Positions 28,759 through 37,029 of a stretch of DNA of 37,029 nt are shown here, in pieces. The stretch lies in assembly GCA_035285125.1 (NCBI GenBank), contig JAYKHR010000109.1, positions 1 through 37,029 on the forward strand. The letters run 5' to 3'. The notes below the pieces were generated by a model. It made no database searches, had not been told where the DNA came from, and saw only the letters and a program-made list of their open reading frames with translations. The translations under genes and the position numbers were made by a program. Position 1 is the stretch's first letter. Each line of letters opens with the position of its first letter. Source of the DNA: Candidatus Sericytochromatia bacterium. GTDB lineage: Bacteria > Cyanobacteriota > Sericytochromatia > S15B-MN24 > JAQBPE01.

Positions 28759-30563
28759 GGCTGCAAGCGCTCCACCGTCGCCACGGGCATTCCGGCCTCC
28801 AGGAAGGCGATGGAGCTGAGGAGCCCGCCGGCGACCACCACGGCGCCGTCAACGACCCCAACTGCCGGGAAGGAGCGCCTCTGGCTGAGGGGGGGCCTCA
28901 GTGACCAGGTGCCGGCCCCCGGATCGTAGACCTCGACGGCGTTGGACAGCACGGAGTTGAAGTTGTCGCCAAATGCCCCCCCGATGAGGTAAACCTTGCC
29001 GGCCAGGGCCACGGCGCCCGCCCCGAAGCGGGCGGTGGGAGAGGGCGGGATGAGCCCCCAGGCGGGGGAGGCGTCCGCCGGGCGGATCACCAGCCCCTGC
29101 GCCGTGGTGCCGTTCGCGTCCAGGCCCCCGAGCACGTAGAGTGCCCCGCCGAGCGCCACCGCCGAGGCCCCCGCCCGCGGCTCCGGCAGGGGCGGCAGGG
29201 TGCCCGAGGCCCAGGTGTCCGTGCCCGGGGCGTAGCTCAGCACGGCGGTGCTCAGCAGCCCGGCCTCGTCGAAGCCGCCGACGAGGTGGATCGCGTCGCC
29301 CACGGCTGCCGCCGCGGAGGTGGCGAGCTTGAGCCCCTCGGGCAGGGGGGCGATGGCCTCCAGAGCACCCGTCTCCGGGCTCAGGCGGCTGCATGTGCCC
29401 ACCACCCCGGTCGTTCCCAGGCCGCCCAGCACGTAGAGCTTGCCCCCGTGCACGGCGGAAGCCGGCAGCACCACGCCGCTCTGCAGCGGCACGACCTGGG
29501 TGGCAGGGGCATCCGCTGCCGGCACCCAGGCGATGCTTCCCGTGGCCTCAGGGCTGATCAGCGCGGTGGTCGGGTCCTCTTCGAGCACGCCCCCCACGAC
29601 CAGGAGGGCGCTGGAAGCGGGCCCCGTCGGCACCACGCCGTAGGCCGCGCCCCCGCGTGCCTGAGCCAGCCCGGCCAGTGGCGCCTGGCCCCCGAAGTCG
29701 ATGGTCTGGAACACGGTCTGCCCCGGCTGGACGGCCACGCTGTAGGTGCTGGCGTCGAGCCCGGTTTCGGTCGGCGCCGCCACCCTCATCGTCCACGTCC
29801 CGGCCGGCACGGGCTCGACGAGCGTCGTGTCCCCGCGGACGACCACGGGGGGCACGCCGGGGGCCGAGATCGCGGCCAGGGCGGGCAGGCCTTGGGGCCA
29901 GTTGCCAGGCCTCAGCACGAGCCTGCCAGGCGCCGGGAAGAAGCTGGGGTGGGACGCTGGCGGGGCGCCTGCCGTGTGCCAGGCCGCGGCGATGACGGCT
30001 GGCGCGAGCAGCGACGCGTCCGATGCCCCGAGGTCTCGCTGCCAGCTGACCACGCGGCCGATCAGGGCCTCGAGGTCGGCCTCGCTGGTGACCTGGGTGC
30101 TTGCCGTGCCGTCGAGCGCCAGCAGCGCGGCCACGATGGCGCCGGCCACGTCAGCCTCGACCGACAGCGGCAGCTGGTTCACCCCCTGCCTCAGCGCGCC
30201 CACGGTCCGGAGGGTCCCGCCGGGCACCGGCGTGCCGTCGGCGCGCAGGCTCACGGCGGTCACCAGCACCCCCGGCGCCAGGGGGAGGTCGCCGATCTGG
30301 ACCTCGCCCGCCGCGTCGCGCGTCTGGTCTGCCAGGGTCGCCCCGCTCCGGGTCTGAATCAGGACGCGCACCCTGGCGGGCTGCTCCGTGGCGGCGAGCA
30401 GCCGGCGCGAGCCTGTCGCGACCTCGGCCCAGCGAAGGCGAAGCGTGGCCCGCTCGGCCTGGACCGCGCCTCGGGCCCCCGACGCCCCGGGCAGGTTCAA
30501 GGGGGCACACGAAGCGGCCGCGAGCGACACGACGAGCAGGCTGGCAAGGGTGCGGGGGAGCAA
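28755..30563 (-). CDS. Lipoprotein with N-terminal Ig-like region and C-terminal Kelch propeller (alternative start ATG 30635)
   Basis: TTG after AGGAAGG gives a 19-aa signal ending SLAAASC; Kelch repeats LLVVGG, LYVLGG (twice), IHLVGG, VYLIGG, VVVAGG. Confidence 0.82.
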   Translation of the reverse strand: MLPRTLASLLVVSLAAASCAPLNLPGASGARGAVQAERATLRLRWAEVATGSRRLLAATEQPARVRVLIQTRSGATLADQTRDAAGEVQIGDLPLAPGVLVTAVSLRADGTPVPGGTLRTVGALRQGVNQLPLSVEADVAGAIVAALLALDGTASTQVTSEADLEALIGRVVSWQRDLGASDASLLAPAVIAAAWHTAGAPPASHPSFFPAPGRLVLRPGNWPQGLPALAAISAPGVPPVVVRGDTTLVEPVPAGTWTMRVAAPTETGLDASTYSVAVQPGQTVFQTIDFGGQAPLAGLAQARGGAAYGVVPTGPASSALLVVGGVLEEDPTTALISPEATGSIAWVPAADAPATQVVPLQSGVVLPASAVHGGKLYVLGGLGTTGVVGTCSRLSPETGALEAIAPLPEGLKLATSAAAAVGDAIHLVGGFDEAGLLSTAVLSYAPGTDTWASGTLPPLPEPRAGASAVALGGALYVLGGLDANGTTAQGLVIRPADASPAWGLIPPSPTARFGAGAVALAGKVYLIGGAFGDNFNSVLSNAVEVYDPGAGTWSLRPPLSQRRSFPAVGVVDGAVVVAGGLLSSIAFLEAGMPVATVERLQP

Positions 30564-30664
30564 GGGGGCTGGCCCTTCCTGGCAGGCAGGCACCGCGGTC
30601 ACAGCCCGCCTCGTCGGCCGGCTCTCCTGGGCCATGCCCGCTGCAAGCAGGCCTCTAACGGCTG

Positions 30665-31456
30665 CTACTCGCCCCTGAACTGAGGCTTCCGCTTCTCCCC
30701 GAAGGCCCGCAGGGCCTCTTGCCGGTCCCACGTCGGGATCGTGACCTCGTAGGCCTTGGCCTCGAGCGCCAGCCCCGTCTCGAGGTCGACCTCCAGCCCC
30801 CGGTTGATGGCGAACTTCGCCTGCGTGACGGCGACGGGGCCGGTGGTCTCCACGATGCGCGTCGCGAGGCTCTTGGCCTCGGCGAGCAGCTGGTCGCCCG
30901 GCACGACGAACTCGACGAGGCCCACGGCGAGGGCCTCGGCGGCCTCGACGCGGCGGCCCGTGAAGATCAGCTCCTTGGCGCGCCCCTTGCCGACGAGCCG
31001 CGGCAGCCGCTGGGTGCCTCCGGCGCCGGGGATGATGGCGAGCGTCGTCTCTGTCAGCCCCATCAGGGCGCCCTCTGCCGCCAGGCGGATGTCGCACGAC
31101 AGCGCGAGCTCGGTTCCGCCTCCGAGCGCCAGGCCGTTCACGGCCGCGATCACGGGCTTGGGGAGGTTCTCCAGCTGGCTCGTGACCTCGCGGATGTCCT
31201 TGAGGAAGCGCCTCACCTCGCCGGGCGTCATGCCCGCCCGCTCCTTGAGGTCCGCACCGGCGCAGAAGGCCTTGTCGCCGGCACCCGTGAGGATCACGGC
31301 CCGCACGGAGGCGTCGTCCCATAGCTCCTCGACGGCGGCACGCAGCGCCCGCAGCGTCGCGCGGTCGACGGCGTTCATGCGGTCGGGACGGTTCAGCGTG
31401 ACGAGGGCGATCGCCCCATCTCGCGTCAGCAGGACGGGCTCGGTGCTGGTGGTCAT
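30665..31456 (-). CDS. Enoyl-CoA hydratase/isomerase (YngF/methylglutaconyl-CoA hydratase-like)
   Basis: TLNRPDRMNA, AFCAGADLKER, KPVIAAVNGLALGGGTELAL, IIPGAGGTQRLPRL; ATGA-coupled. Confidence 0.93.
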   Translation of the reverse strand: MTTSTEPVLLTRDGAIALVTLNRPDRMNAVDRATLRALRAAVEELWDDASVRAVILTGAGDKAFCAGADLKERAGMTPGEVRRFLKDIREVTSQLENLPKPVIAAVNGLALGGGTELALSCDIRLAAEGALMGLTETTLAIIPGAGGTQRLPRLVGKGRAKELIFTGRRVEAAEALAVGLVEFVVPGDQLLAEAKSLATRIVETTGPVAVTQAKFAINRGLEVDLETGLALEAKAYEVTIPTWDRQEALRAFGEKRKPQFRGE

Positions 31457-32145
31457 CGGATGGTCTGGCTCGGGGGCGTGAGGCCGACGAGGATGCCGGC
31501 GACCACGCGGGGTTGCTCTGGGTGGTCGGGGGTCACGACGAACGCGACGTCCGCCTCGGGGTAGGTCCACACCTCGCCCGCGCCCCAGGCGCGTGTGCGA
31601 GGGGGAGGGCCGTACTTGCGCAAGACGCGCGCCGCAGGGTCCAGCGGGCGGATCATCGACCGCGTCATGAACCGTGCCGGGGCCCAGGCTTGCACGTGCA
31701 CCACGCGCGCTGCCCCCTCCCCGTCGGCCCGCTGGTTGAGGAGGACGCGGATGTGGGAGAGGTTGCGCCAGGCGTCGGGCTCCAGCTGGGCCTCAGGGGG
31801 GGCGTCCGGGGCTGTCTGGCGCCGCTCGACCGGGAGCGGCGCGAACTCCTCGAACTCCCACCACAGGCCGTCGGCGTCACTGTTGGTGCGGCGCGGGGAG
31901 CCGAACCTCGCCCGCACGGCCTCGGCCTGGGCACCCAGCGGGACCTCGGCGAGCGCCACCTCACGGATCCGCAAGGAGGGCCCCACGGCGCTGCCCTGAC
32001 GAATGGCGGCCAGCGGCACCTGCTCGCGACGCAACCGCTCCGTCAGCACCTCGGGGGCTTCCGGCCTGCCGGCGAAAAACGCGGCGCAACCCGTCAGGCC
32101 GGGCACCACAAGGGCGAGGGCGAGGAGGCGGCGGGCGGTGGCCAT
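31453..32145 (-). CDS. Lipoprotein with two SmpA/OmlA(BamE)-like repeats
   Basis: Lipobox VPGLTGC; repeats LGAQAEAVRARFGSP...WWEF and LDPAARVLRKYGPP...WTYP. Confidence 0.7.
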   Translation of the reverse strand: MATARRLLALALVVPGLTGCAAFFAGRPEAPEVLTERLRREQVPLAAIRQGSAVGPSLRIREVALAEVPLGAQAEAVRARFGSPRRTNSDADGLWWEFEEFAPLPVERRQTAPDAPPEAQLEPDAWRNLSHIRVLLNQRADGEGAARVVHVQAWAPARFMTRSMIRPLDPAARVLRKYGPPPRTRAWGAGEVWTYPEADVAFVVTPDHPEQPRVVAGILVGLTPPSQTIR

Positions 32146-32149
32146 GGGC

Positions 32150-32704
32150 TCAGGACCGGTCCGTGGCGACTGACGCGTCGACGCCTGGGCCCACCCCCGG
32201 GGCGAGGGCTTGCCGCTCGGCCCGGCCGGCCATGTAGGTGAACAGCAGCAGCAGCACGACCCCCACGTCGATGCAGATGTCGGCGATGTTGAAGATGGGG
32301 AAGATGTTCTGACCGCGGTGCTGCAGGTCGAACATGTCGATGACGTATCCCAGCCGGGCGCGGTCCGACAGGTTGCCCAGGGCGCCGCCGAGCAGGAATC
32401 CCAGCCCGGCCATCTGGATCCAGGTCCGCTCCCGCAGGCGAAACGCGTAAATCACGATGCCCAGCACCACCGTGGTGGCGATCCCGATGAGCAGCCAGGT
32501 CTGGCTCCAGAGCATGCTCCAGGCGGCCCCGAAGTTCTGGGTGTAGGTCAGGGCGAACCACCCCGGAATCAGGGGGATGGATGGGTAGTGCAGCGTCATG
32601 TGCGTCGTGACCCAGGTCTTCAAGACCTGGTCCGCGAGGAACACGGCCGAGGCGTACACGAACATGCTCGCGAGCTTGGGGCCCTGGTGACGGGTGGGAT
32701 CCAA
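32150..32704 (-). CDS. lspA: Lipoprotein signal peptidase II
   Basis: DQVLK, NFGAAWS, GGALGNLSDR, VIDMF, FPIFNIAD; TTG start at 32704 after GAGAGGA; TGG-TAACAT upstream. Confidence 0.95.
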   Translation of the reverse strand: MDPTRHQGPKLASMFVYASAVFLADQVLKTWVTTHMTLHYPSIPLIPGWFALTYTQNFGAAWSMLWSQTWLLIGIATTVVLGIVIYAFRLRERTWIQMAGLGFLLGGALGNLSDRARLGYVIDMFDLQHRGQNIFPIFNIADICIDVGVVLLLLFTYMAGRAERQALAPGVGPGVDASVATDRS

Positions 32705-32774
32705 GGTGGGTCCTCTCGGGGGGAAGCGAGACGGCGCCATGTTACCACAGGGAGGGCGCTGGGCCGGTCAGACA

Positions 32775-32805
32775 CAAAGAGGCCGGCGCCCGGAAGGCGC
32801 CGGCC
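32775..32805 (-). terminator. Intrinsic terminator after the sigma factor gene
   Basis: Perfect 10-bp stem GGCCGGCGCC (32781-32790 and 32796-32805) followed on the minus strand by TCTTTG. Confidence 0.7.
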
Positions 32806-32818
32806 GAGGCGTTTGGGT

Positions 32819-33556
32819 TCAGCGCACGGAGGTGGTGGAGACGATGGCCCGAAGTTGCTTCTCGGCCTTCTTCAGCCGCCGGCAAACCTCCATCTGGCTG
32901 ATGCCCAGCCGCCGGGACAGCTCCGCCTGCGTGAGGTCGTCGAAGTACCGCATCTGGAGCAGTTCGCGCTGATGGTCCGGCAGGTGCTTCATCGCCTCCG
33001 TCAGCACGAGCCGCTCGTCTCGCTCGTTCTGGTGGGCGTTGCTGGTGGCCGGATCCGCCAGGGTGTTCAGGAGCGAGCGCTGCTCGTCTTCTTCGCCGTC
33101 GCCGGACTCCTGGTCGAGCCACATGACCGTGACGCGCCGGTCGTAGACGCGCGCCTGGTCGATCAGGTCCGGCGACACGTTCAGGGCTTCGGCGAGCTCC
33201 TGGTTGGACGCCTCCCGCCCCAGCCGGTGGCTGAGTTCCTGCGTGACCTGCCGCAGCCGGTAGGACAGCTCCTGGAGGGCGCGTGGGCCCCGCACCAAGG
33301 TCTGACGGTCCCGCAGGTAGTGGCGGATGTGACCTGTGATGAAGTGGACGGCGTAGGTCTTGAACTCCGTGTTGTGCCCCGTCTCGTAGCGGTTGATGGC
33401 CTCGAGCAACCCGATGGAGCCCACCTGAATCAGGTCGTCCACAGGGTCGGTGCTGCGGCGAGCAAGGCCCCGTGCGATCTTGTGAACGAGCGGGAGGTAC
33501 TCGTTCACGAGACGCTCCTTCTCCTTCGGACTCGCTCCGGCATACACCTTGTTCAT
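32819..33556 (-). CDS. Group 3 sigma-70 factor, SigB/SigF/SigG family
   Basis: DDLIQVGSIGLLEAINRY, FKTYAVHFITGHIRHYLRD, LTQAELSRRLGISQMEVCR; AAGGAG RBS. Confidence 0.9.
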   Translation of the reverse strand: MNKVYAGASPKEKERLVNEYLPLVHKIARGLARRSTDPVDDLIQVGSIGLLEAINRYETGHNTEFKTYAVHFITGHIRHYLRDRQTLVRGPRALQELSYRLRQVTQELSHRLGREASNQELAEALNVSPDLIDQARVYDRRVTVMWLDQESGDGEEDEQRSLLNTLADPATSNAHQNERDERLVLTEAMKHLPDHQRELLQMRYFDDLTQAELSRRLGISQMEVCRRLKKAEKQLRAIVSTTSVR

Positions 33557-33671
33557 TCAGGTCTCCTTCGTGAGTTGGGAGGTCGGTTTCCGGACCAAGG
33601 AAGATCGTAACGGATCGGGAAAACCACTTCCAGTCAACTTTTGTGAAGCGGGAAGACTGTGCGTAACAATA

Positions 33672-33717
33672 TGTGAAGCATGTCGCATGGGAGGGGGCGA
33701 TCGTGCGTTTCATCACG
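33672..33717. promoter_or_regulatory. CRP/FNR-family-like boxes in the AT-richer divergent promoter region
   Basis: TGTGA-N6-TCGCA (33672-33687) and CGTGC-N6-TCACG (33702-33717). Confidence 0.45.
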
Positions 33718-33853
33718 CGAGTTTACGGCATGGGTACCTGTGTCCGCCACGCACAATAAGCCTACGGAAAACTTCAGATCAGGCGCCTTTATGTTCGGAT
33801 CTTGCGCCCATTTCTGGCATTCCCCATCGGCCTCGGGGCCCCAGTGGCCTGTT

Positions 33854-36190
33854 ATGATGACCCGGCCATTACGGGTCCCGGGAGGGAGACGCCCTTGGCC
33901 GGCGGCTTGTTCCCCCGGGCTGAGACGAAGGAGGCTGCCGGTGGCGCAGCGACCGGCGAGTCTGGAGGCCCTCGCGCCGCTCGGCAGGGAGCTGGCGCGC
34001 GCGCTGGCGGATGGGGCGGATGCCACGGGGATCCTGGTGCCTGGCGGGTTACGCGGGGCGCGGTGGGAGCAGGCGGTGGGCCAAGCGCTCGGCGGCAGCC
34101 CGGCGGGTGGGCCTCGGGCCGGTGTCGCGGCGCTTCATGCCGCCTATGCCTGGCTCGTGCGGCTGGTGGCAGCACGCGTGCTCGCTGACCTCGGCGGCGT
34201 GGCGCCGGGCCGGCTGGCGCAGGCCCCTGCCCGCGACATGTGGCGCTGGCTGGAGGCCCTCGCCGCTGGCGAGCTGGGGGCCTCCGTGGCGGTGGAGGGG
34301 CTGTGGGTCCCCGACGATGCGGCCTGGGCGATCGCGCCGCCGTGCCGCACCCCGCGCGCGGAGGGGGCCTGGCGCGAGCTGCTGCGAGCCCTGGCCAGCT
34401 GGCAGCCTCGCAGCGACCGCGACGTGTTTCAGGGGCTCTACCAGGCCATGCTGCCGGCGGCGTTGCGCCACGCCCTCGGCGAGTTCTACACCCCGCGCTG
34501 GCTCGTCCAGGCCGTGCTGGCCGAGGCGCCCACCGCCCCCGGATGGAGCGCGCTGGACCCGTGCTGTGGCTCAGGGGCCTTCCTGACGGAGCTTGCGGCC
34601 AGGGTGCTGGCGGAGACGGCGTCCGAGCCGCCCCAGGCCCGTGTGGAGGCCGTGCTGAGACGGGTGCGCGGCCTCGACGTGAACCCGTTGGCCGTGCTCG
34701 CGGCCCGCGTGAACCTGCTGCTGGCGATCGCGCCTCTGCTTCCGGGGTGCGGGGGCGCCCGCTTGCGGTTGCCGGTGGACCTGCTGGATGCCGGAGCCGA
34801 GGAGACCGGCAGTTGGCAGCACGACGTGGTGGTGGGCAACCCGCCCTGGGTGGCCTGGCGCGACCTCCCGGCGCCGCACCGCGACGCGCTGGCCGCGCTT
34901 CGCCTGGCGCGGGGGCTGGCGGGCTCGGACCGCTGGGTGGGAGGCACCGACCTCAACGTCTGTGTCGTGCTGGCCCACGTGGCGATGGAACGCTGGGTCC
35001 GTCCCGGGGGAACCCTGGCGTTCCTGATGCCCCGACAGCTGCTGCACCTTCGCGCCGCCGAGGGCTTCCGACGCTGGGAGCTGCCCGGGGGGGAGCGGGT
35101 GGCGCTCACGGCCCTGACGGACTGGACGGCGCTGCGCCCCTTCGAGGCCGCCTGCGCGCCGATGACGTGGGTTCTCACGCGGGCGCCGGTGGCTGGCCCT
35201 GAATCGGTGCCCACGGTGACGTGGACCTCTCCGGGCCGGGGCCGGCGCGACGCGGACGCGTCCTGGGGAGAGGTGCAGCCGACGCTCGTGGCTGGCGTCG
35301 GCTGCGCCACCCAGCGCGGTGGCCCAGGGGGGGGCTACGTGCTCGAGGGCCCCCCGACGCACGCGCCGCTGGCGACCTACCTGGGCCCCACACCCTACCA
35401 GGGCCGACGGGCCACCGAGACCTCCCCCCATGGGGTGTTCTGGCTGAGGCCTGTGGGGCCAGCCCCGGGCGAGGAGGCTGCCTGGCTGGTGGAGACGGGC
35501 GTGAACCCCCGGGCTCGCCTTGCGGTGCCGGCCCAGCGGGTGGTGCTGGAGCGGGAGGTGCTCGTGCCACTGCTTCGCGGCCGTGACATCCGGCCGTTTG
35601 CCGCGGAGCCCGGGGGCACGCTCCTGCTGTTTCCACACGCGGCGGCGCACGCGGAGCGCGCCTTGCCGCCGGAGGCGCTGCCAGGGGCTGCGCGGGCCTA
35701 CCTGGAGCGACACCGGGCGCTCCTGTCCGAGCGCGCCTCGCTGCGGGCTTATTGCCGAGGCGGCCCCTTCTACACGCTCTGGCGCGTGGGGCCCTACACC
35801 TTCGCGCCCTGGAAGGTGGTGTGGCCGGAGCTCGGTGCGCTCCGGGCGGCGGTGGTCGGGGAGGCCCGCCTGCCGTGGGGGGAGTCGAAAGGGGTGGTGC
35901 CCGAGGGCAAGGTCAACTTCATCGGCTGCGACGACCCGGCCGAGGCCCACTACCTGTGTGCCTTGCTGAACGCGTCCCCCTTGCGGGAGGCCTATGCCGC
36001 CTGCACCAGCGCGCTCGGGCGGCCTGCGCGCCTGCCCCTGGCCATCCCGGCCCACGACGCGCGCCGCTGGACCCACCGGGCGCTGGCGGCGGTCTCCTTG
36101 GCTGCGCACGCGGGGCGCGTCAGCCCGGAGGCTTGCGGGCCCGTGCTCGCCTGGCTCGCCGCGCGGGCCATCGCGCGCCCGGGTCGCTAG
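33854..36190 (+). CDS. N6-adenine DNA methyltransferase (Eco57I/type IIG-like MTase plus target-recognition region); start uncertain
   Basis: LGEFYTP, LDPCCGSGAFL (motif I), GLDVNPLAV, VVGNPPW (motif IV), GTLAFLMP; C-terminal YTFAPWKVVW...EAHYLCALLN. Confidence 0.85.
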   Translation: MMTRPLRVPGGRRPWPAACSPGLRRRRLPVAQRPASLEALAPLGRELARALADGADATGILVPGGLRGARWEQAVGQALGGSPAGGPRAGVAALHAAYAWLVRLVAARVLADLGGVAPGRLAQAPARDMWRWLEALAAGELGASVAVEGLWVPDDAAWAIAPPCRTPRAEGAWRELLRALASWQPRSDRDVFQGLYQAMLPAALRHALGEFYTPRWLVQAVLAEAPTAPGWSALDPCCGSGAFLTELAARVLAETASEPPQARVEAVLRRVRGLDVNPLAVLAARVNLLLAIAPLLPGCGGARLRLPVDLLDAGAEETGSWQHDVVVGNPPWVAWRDLPAPHRDALAALRLARGLAGSDRWVGGTDLNVCVVLAHVAMERWVRPGGTLAFLMPRQLLHLRAAEGFRRWELPGGERVALTALTDWTALRPFEAACAPMTWVLTRAPVAGPESVPTVTWTSPGRGRRDADASWGEVQPTLVAGVGCATQRGGPGGGYVLEGPPTHAPLATYLGPTPYQGRRATETSPHGVFWLRPVGPAPGEEAAWLVETGVNPRARLAVPAQRVVLEREVLVPLLRGRDIRPFAAEPGGTLLLFPHAAAHAERALPPEALPGAARAYLERHRALLSERASLRAYCRGGPFYTLWRVGPYTFAPWKVVWPELGALRAAVVGEARLPWGESKGVVPEGKVNFIGCDDPAEAHYLCALLNASPLREAYAACTSALGRPARLPLAIPAHDARRWTHRALAAVSLAAHAGRVSPEACGPVLAWLAARAIARPGR

Positions 36191-37029
36191 CCTTTCTGCA
36201 TGAACAGGGCGAGGTCATCCGTGACGCCGACCTCGAGCCCGCGCAGGCGGTCGAGCGGGGCGTAGCCGCGGGCCCGGACCGTCACCCGGTACTGGCCGGG
36301 GGGGACGGCGCCCTGGCGGTACCAGCCGTCGTGGTCCGTCTCGCCGTTGAAGGTCGGGAGCATGTCATCTGAGACGGGCTCGAGCTCGATGCGGGCCCCC
36401 TCGATGGGCGAGTCCGTCTGAAGGTCGACGGCCCGGTACTGGAAGCCCGCGCGGTCAGTGCGGGGAGCCGGTGCAGCCGGGCGGGCGGCCGCGGCCGGCG
36501 GTGGGGGAGACACGTTGGCGGCGGCCATTCGCGTCTCCGCGGGGGAAGGTGTTGGTGCCTCCGCTGCGGCTGGAAGGCTCGCGGGGGGCAGGCCCAGCCC
36601 CGCCAGGGGGCCCGTGCCGGCTCTTGAGGCCTGGTGCGCTGGTCGAGCGGGCGGCGGCGGCAACGGGCCTGTTCCCGCAGGGCGCAGCGACAGGGGGCCG
36701 GTGCCCCCGCGTGCAGGCGGGCCCTGAGGGCGTGGGGGCGCCGGGTTGCCGGGCGCCGGAAAGGCCGGCTCCCCACCTTGGGGGGCGCGAGCGCCCAGGC
36801 CTCCAGAGCCTGGCGGGCGCAGGGGGCCCGTCTGCCTGGCGGTGGGGGGTGGGGGCAAGGGCCCGGCTCCCCCGGCCCGCGGCGCGAGGGGGCCCGGGGA
36901 GCCGGGGGCCCGAGGGCCGGCGTCAGGCCCGGCGACGCGAGGCGCCTGGCTGGGGGCTGGGGGCTGCGGGGGCACCTCCTCGGCCAGAACGCCAGGGCTT
37001 GGTGGCGGCAACGGTTGGGGGCTGGTCGG
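36187..37029 (-). CDS. Pro-rich protein with C-terminal carboxypeptidase-regulatory-like (transthyretin-fold) domain; 5' end beyond window
   Basis: DLQTDSPIEGARIEL...TDHDGWY...VPPGQYRVTVRARGY; frame is open to the window edge; TGPL repeats. Confidence 0.75.
   Translation of the reverse strand, partial: PTSPQPLPPPSPGVLAEEVPPQPPAPSQAPRVAGPDAGPRAPGSPGPLAPRAGGAGPLPPPPTARQTGPLRPPGSGGLGARAPQGGEPAFPAPGNPAPPRPQGPPARGGTGPLSLRPAGTGPLPPPPARPAHQASRAGTGPLAGLGLPPASLPAAAEAPTPSPAETRMAAANVSPPPPAAAARPAAPAPRTDRAGFQYRAVDLQTDSPIEGARIELEPVSDDMLPTFNGETDHDGWYRQGAVPPGQYRVTVRARGYAPLDRLRGLEVGVTDDLALFMQKG

Noticed and set aside
27514..30563. Kelch proteins as eukaryote-like Cullin3 adaptors linked to the ubiquitin
   Set aside because: No BTB, BACK or F-box domain; Kelch lipoproteins are common in bacteria; 14 kb from the Ub gene.

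Overview
Very GC-rich (roughly 70-75%) bacterial chromosomal window. The L20 sequence, a SigB/SigF-type sigma factor, flagellar export genes and Ala/Pro-rich lipoproteins suggest a non-photosynthetic relative of Cyanobacteria such as Sericytochromatia (inference only). Most of it is housekeeping: the 3' part of a 5S rRNA, gluQ, fliH-fliI, ribF, a TrmH methylase, infC(ATT start)-rpmI-rplT with an L20 leader, rph, lspA, a small polysaccharide-modification cluster, an HDAC-family enzyme, an acyl-CoA carboxylase and enoyl-CoA hydratase, and an orphan DNA methyltransferase. The standout is a predicted lipoprotein (12337..13071, -) carrying a eukaryote-type ubiquitin domain inserted in frame (66/72 residues identical to human ubiquitin 1-72, no LRGG tail). 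It sits inside a FnIII/Ig-like module, downstream of a frameshifted paralogous lipoprotein gene, and no E1, E2 or JAB genes are present in the window. Other oddities: an internally deleted 5S rRNA copy that keeps helix I, a Kelch-Kelch-subtilase lipoprotein trio between two yng-like genes, an HExxQ pseudo-metalloprotease, a CTG-start acetyltransferase and phased CRP-like boxes upstream of the sigma gene.
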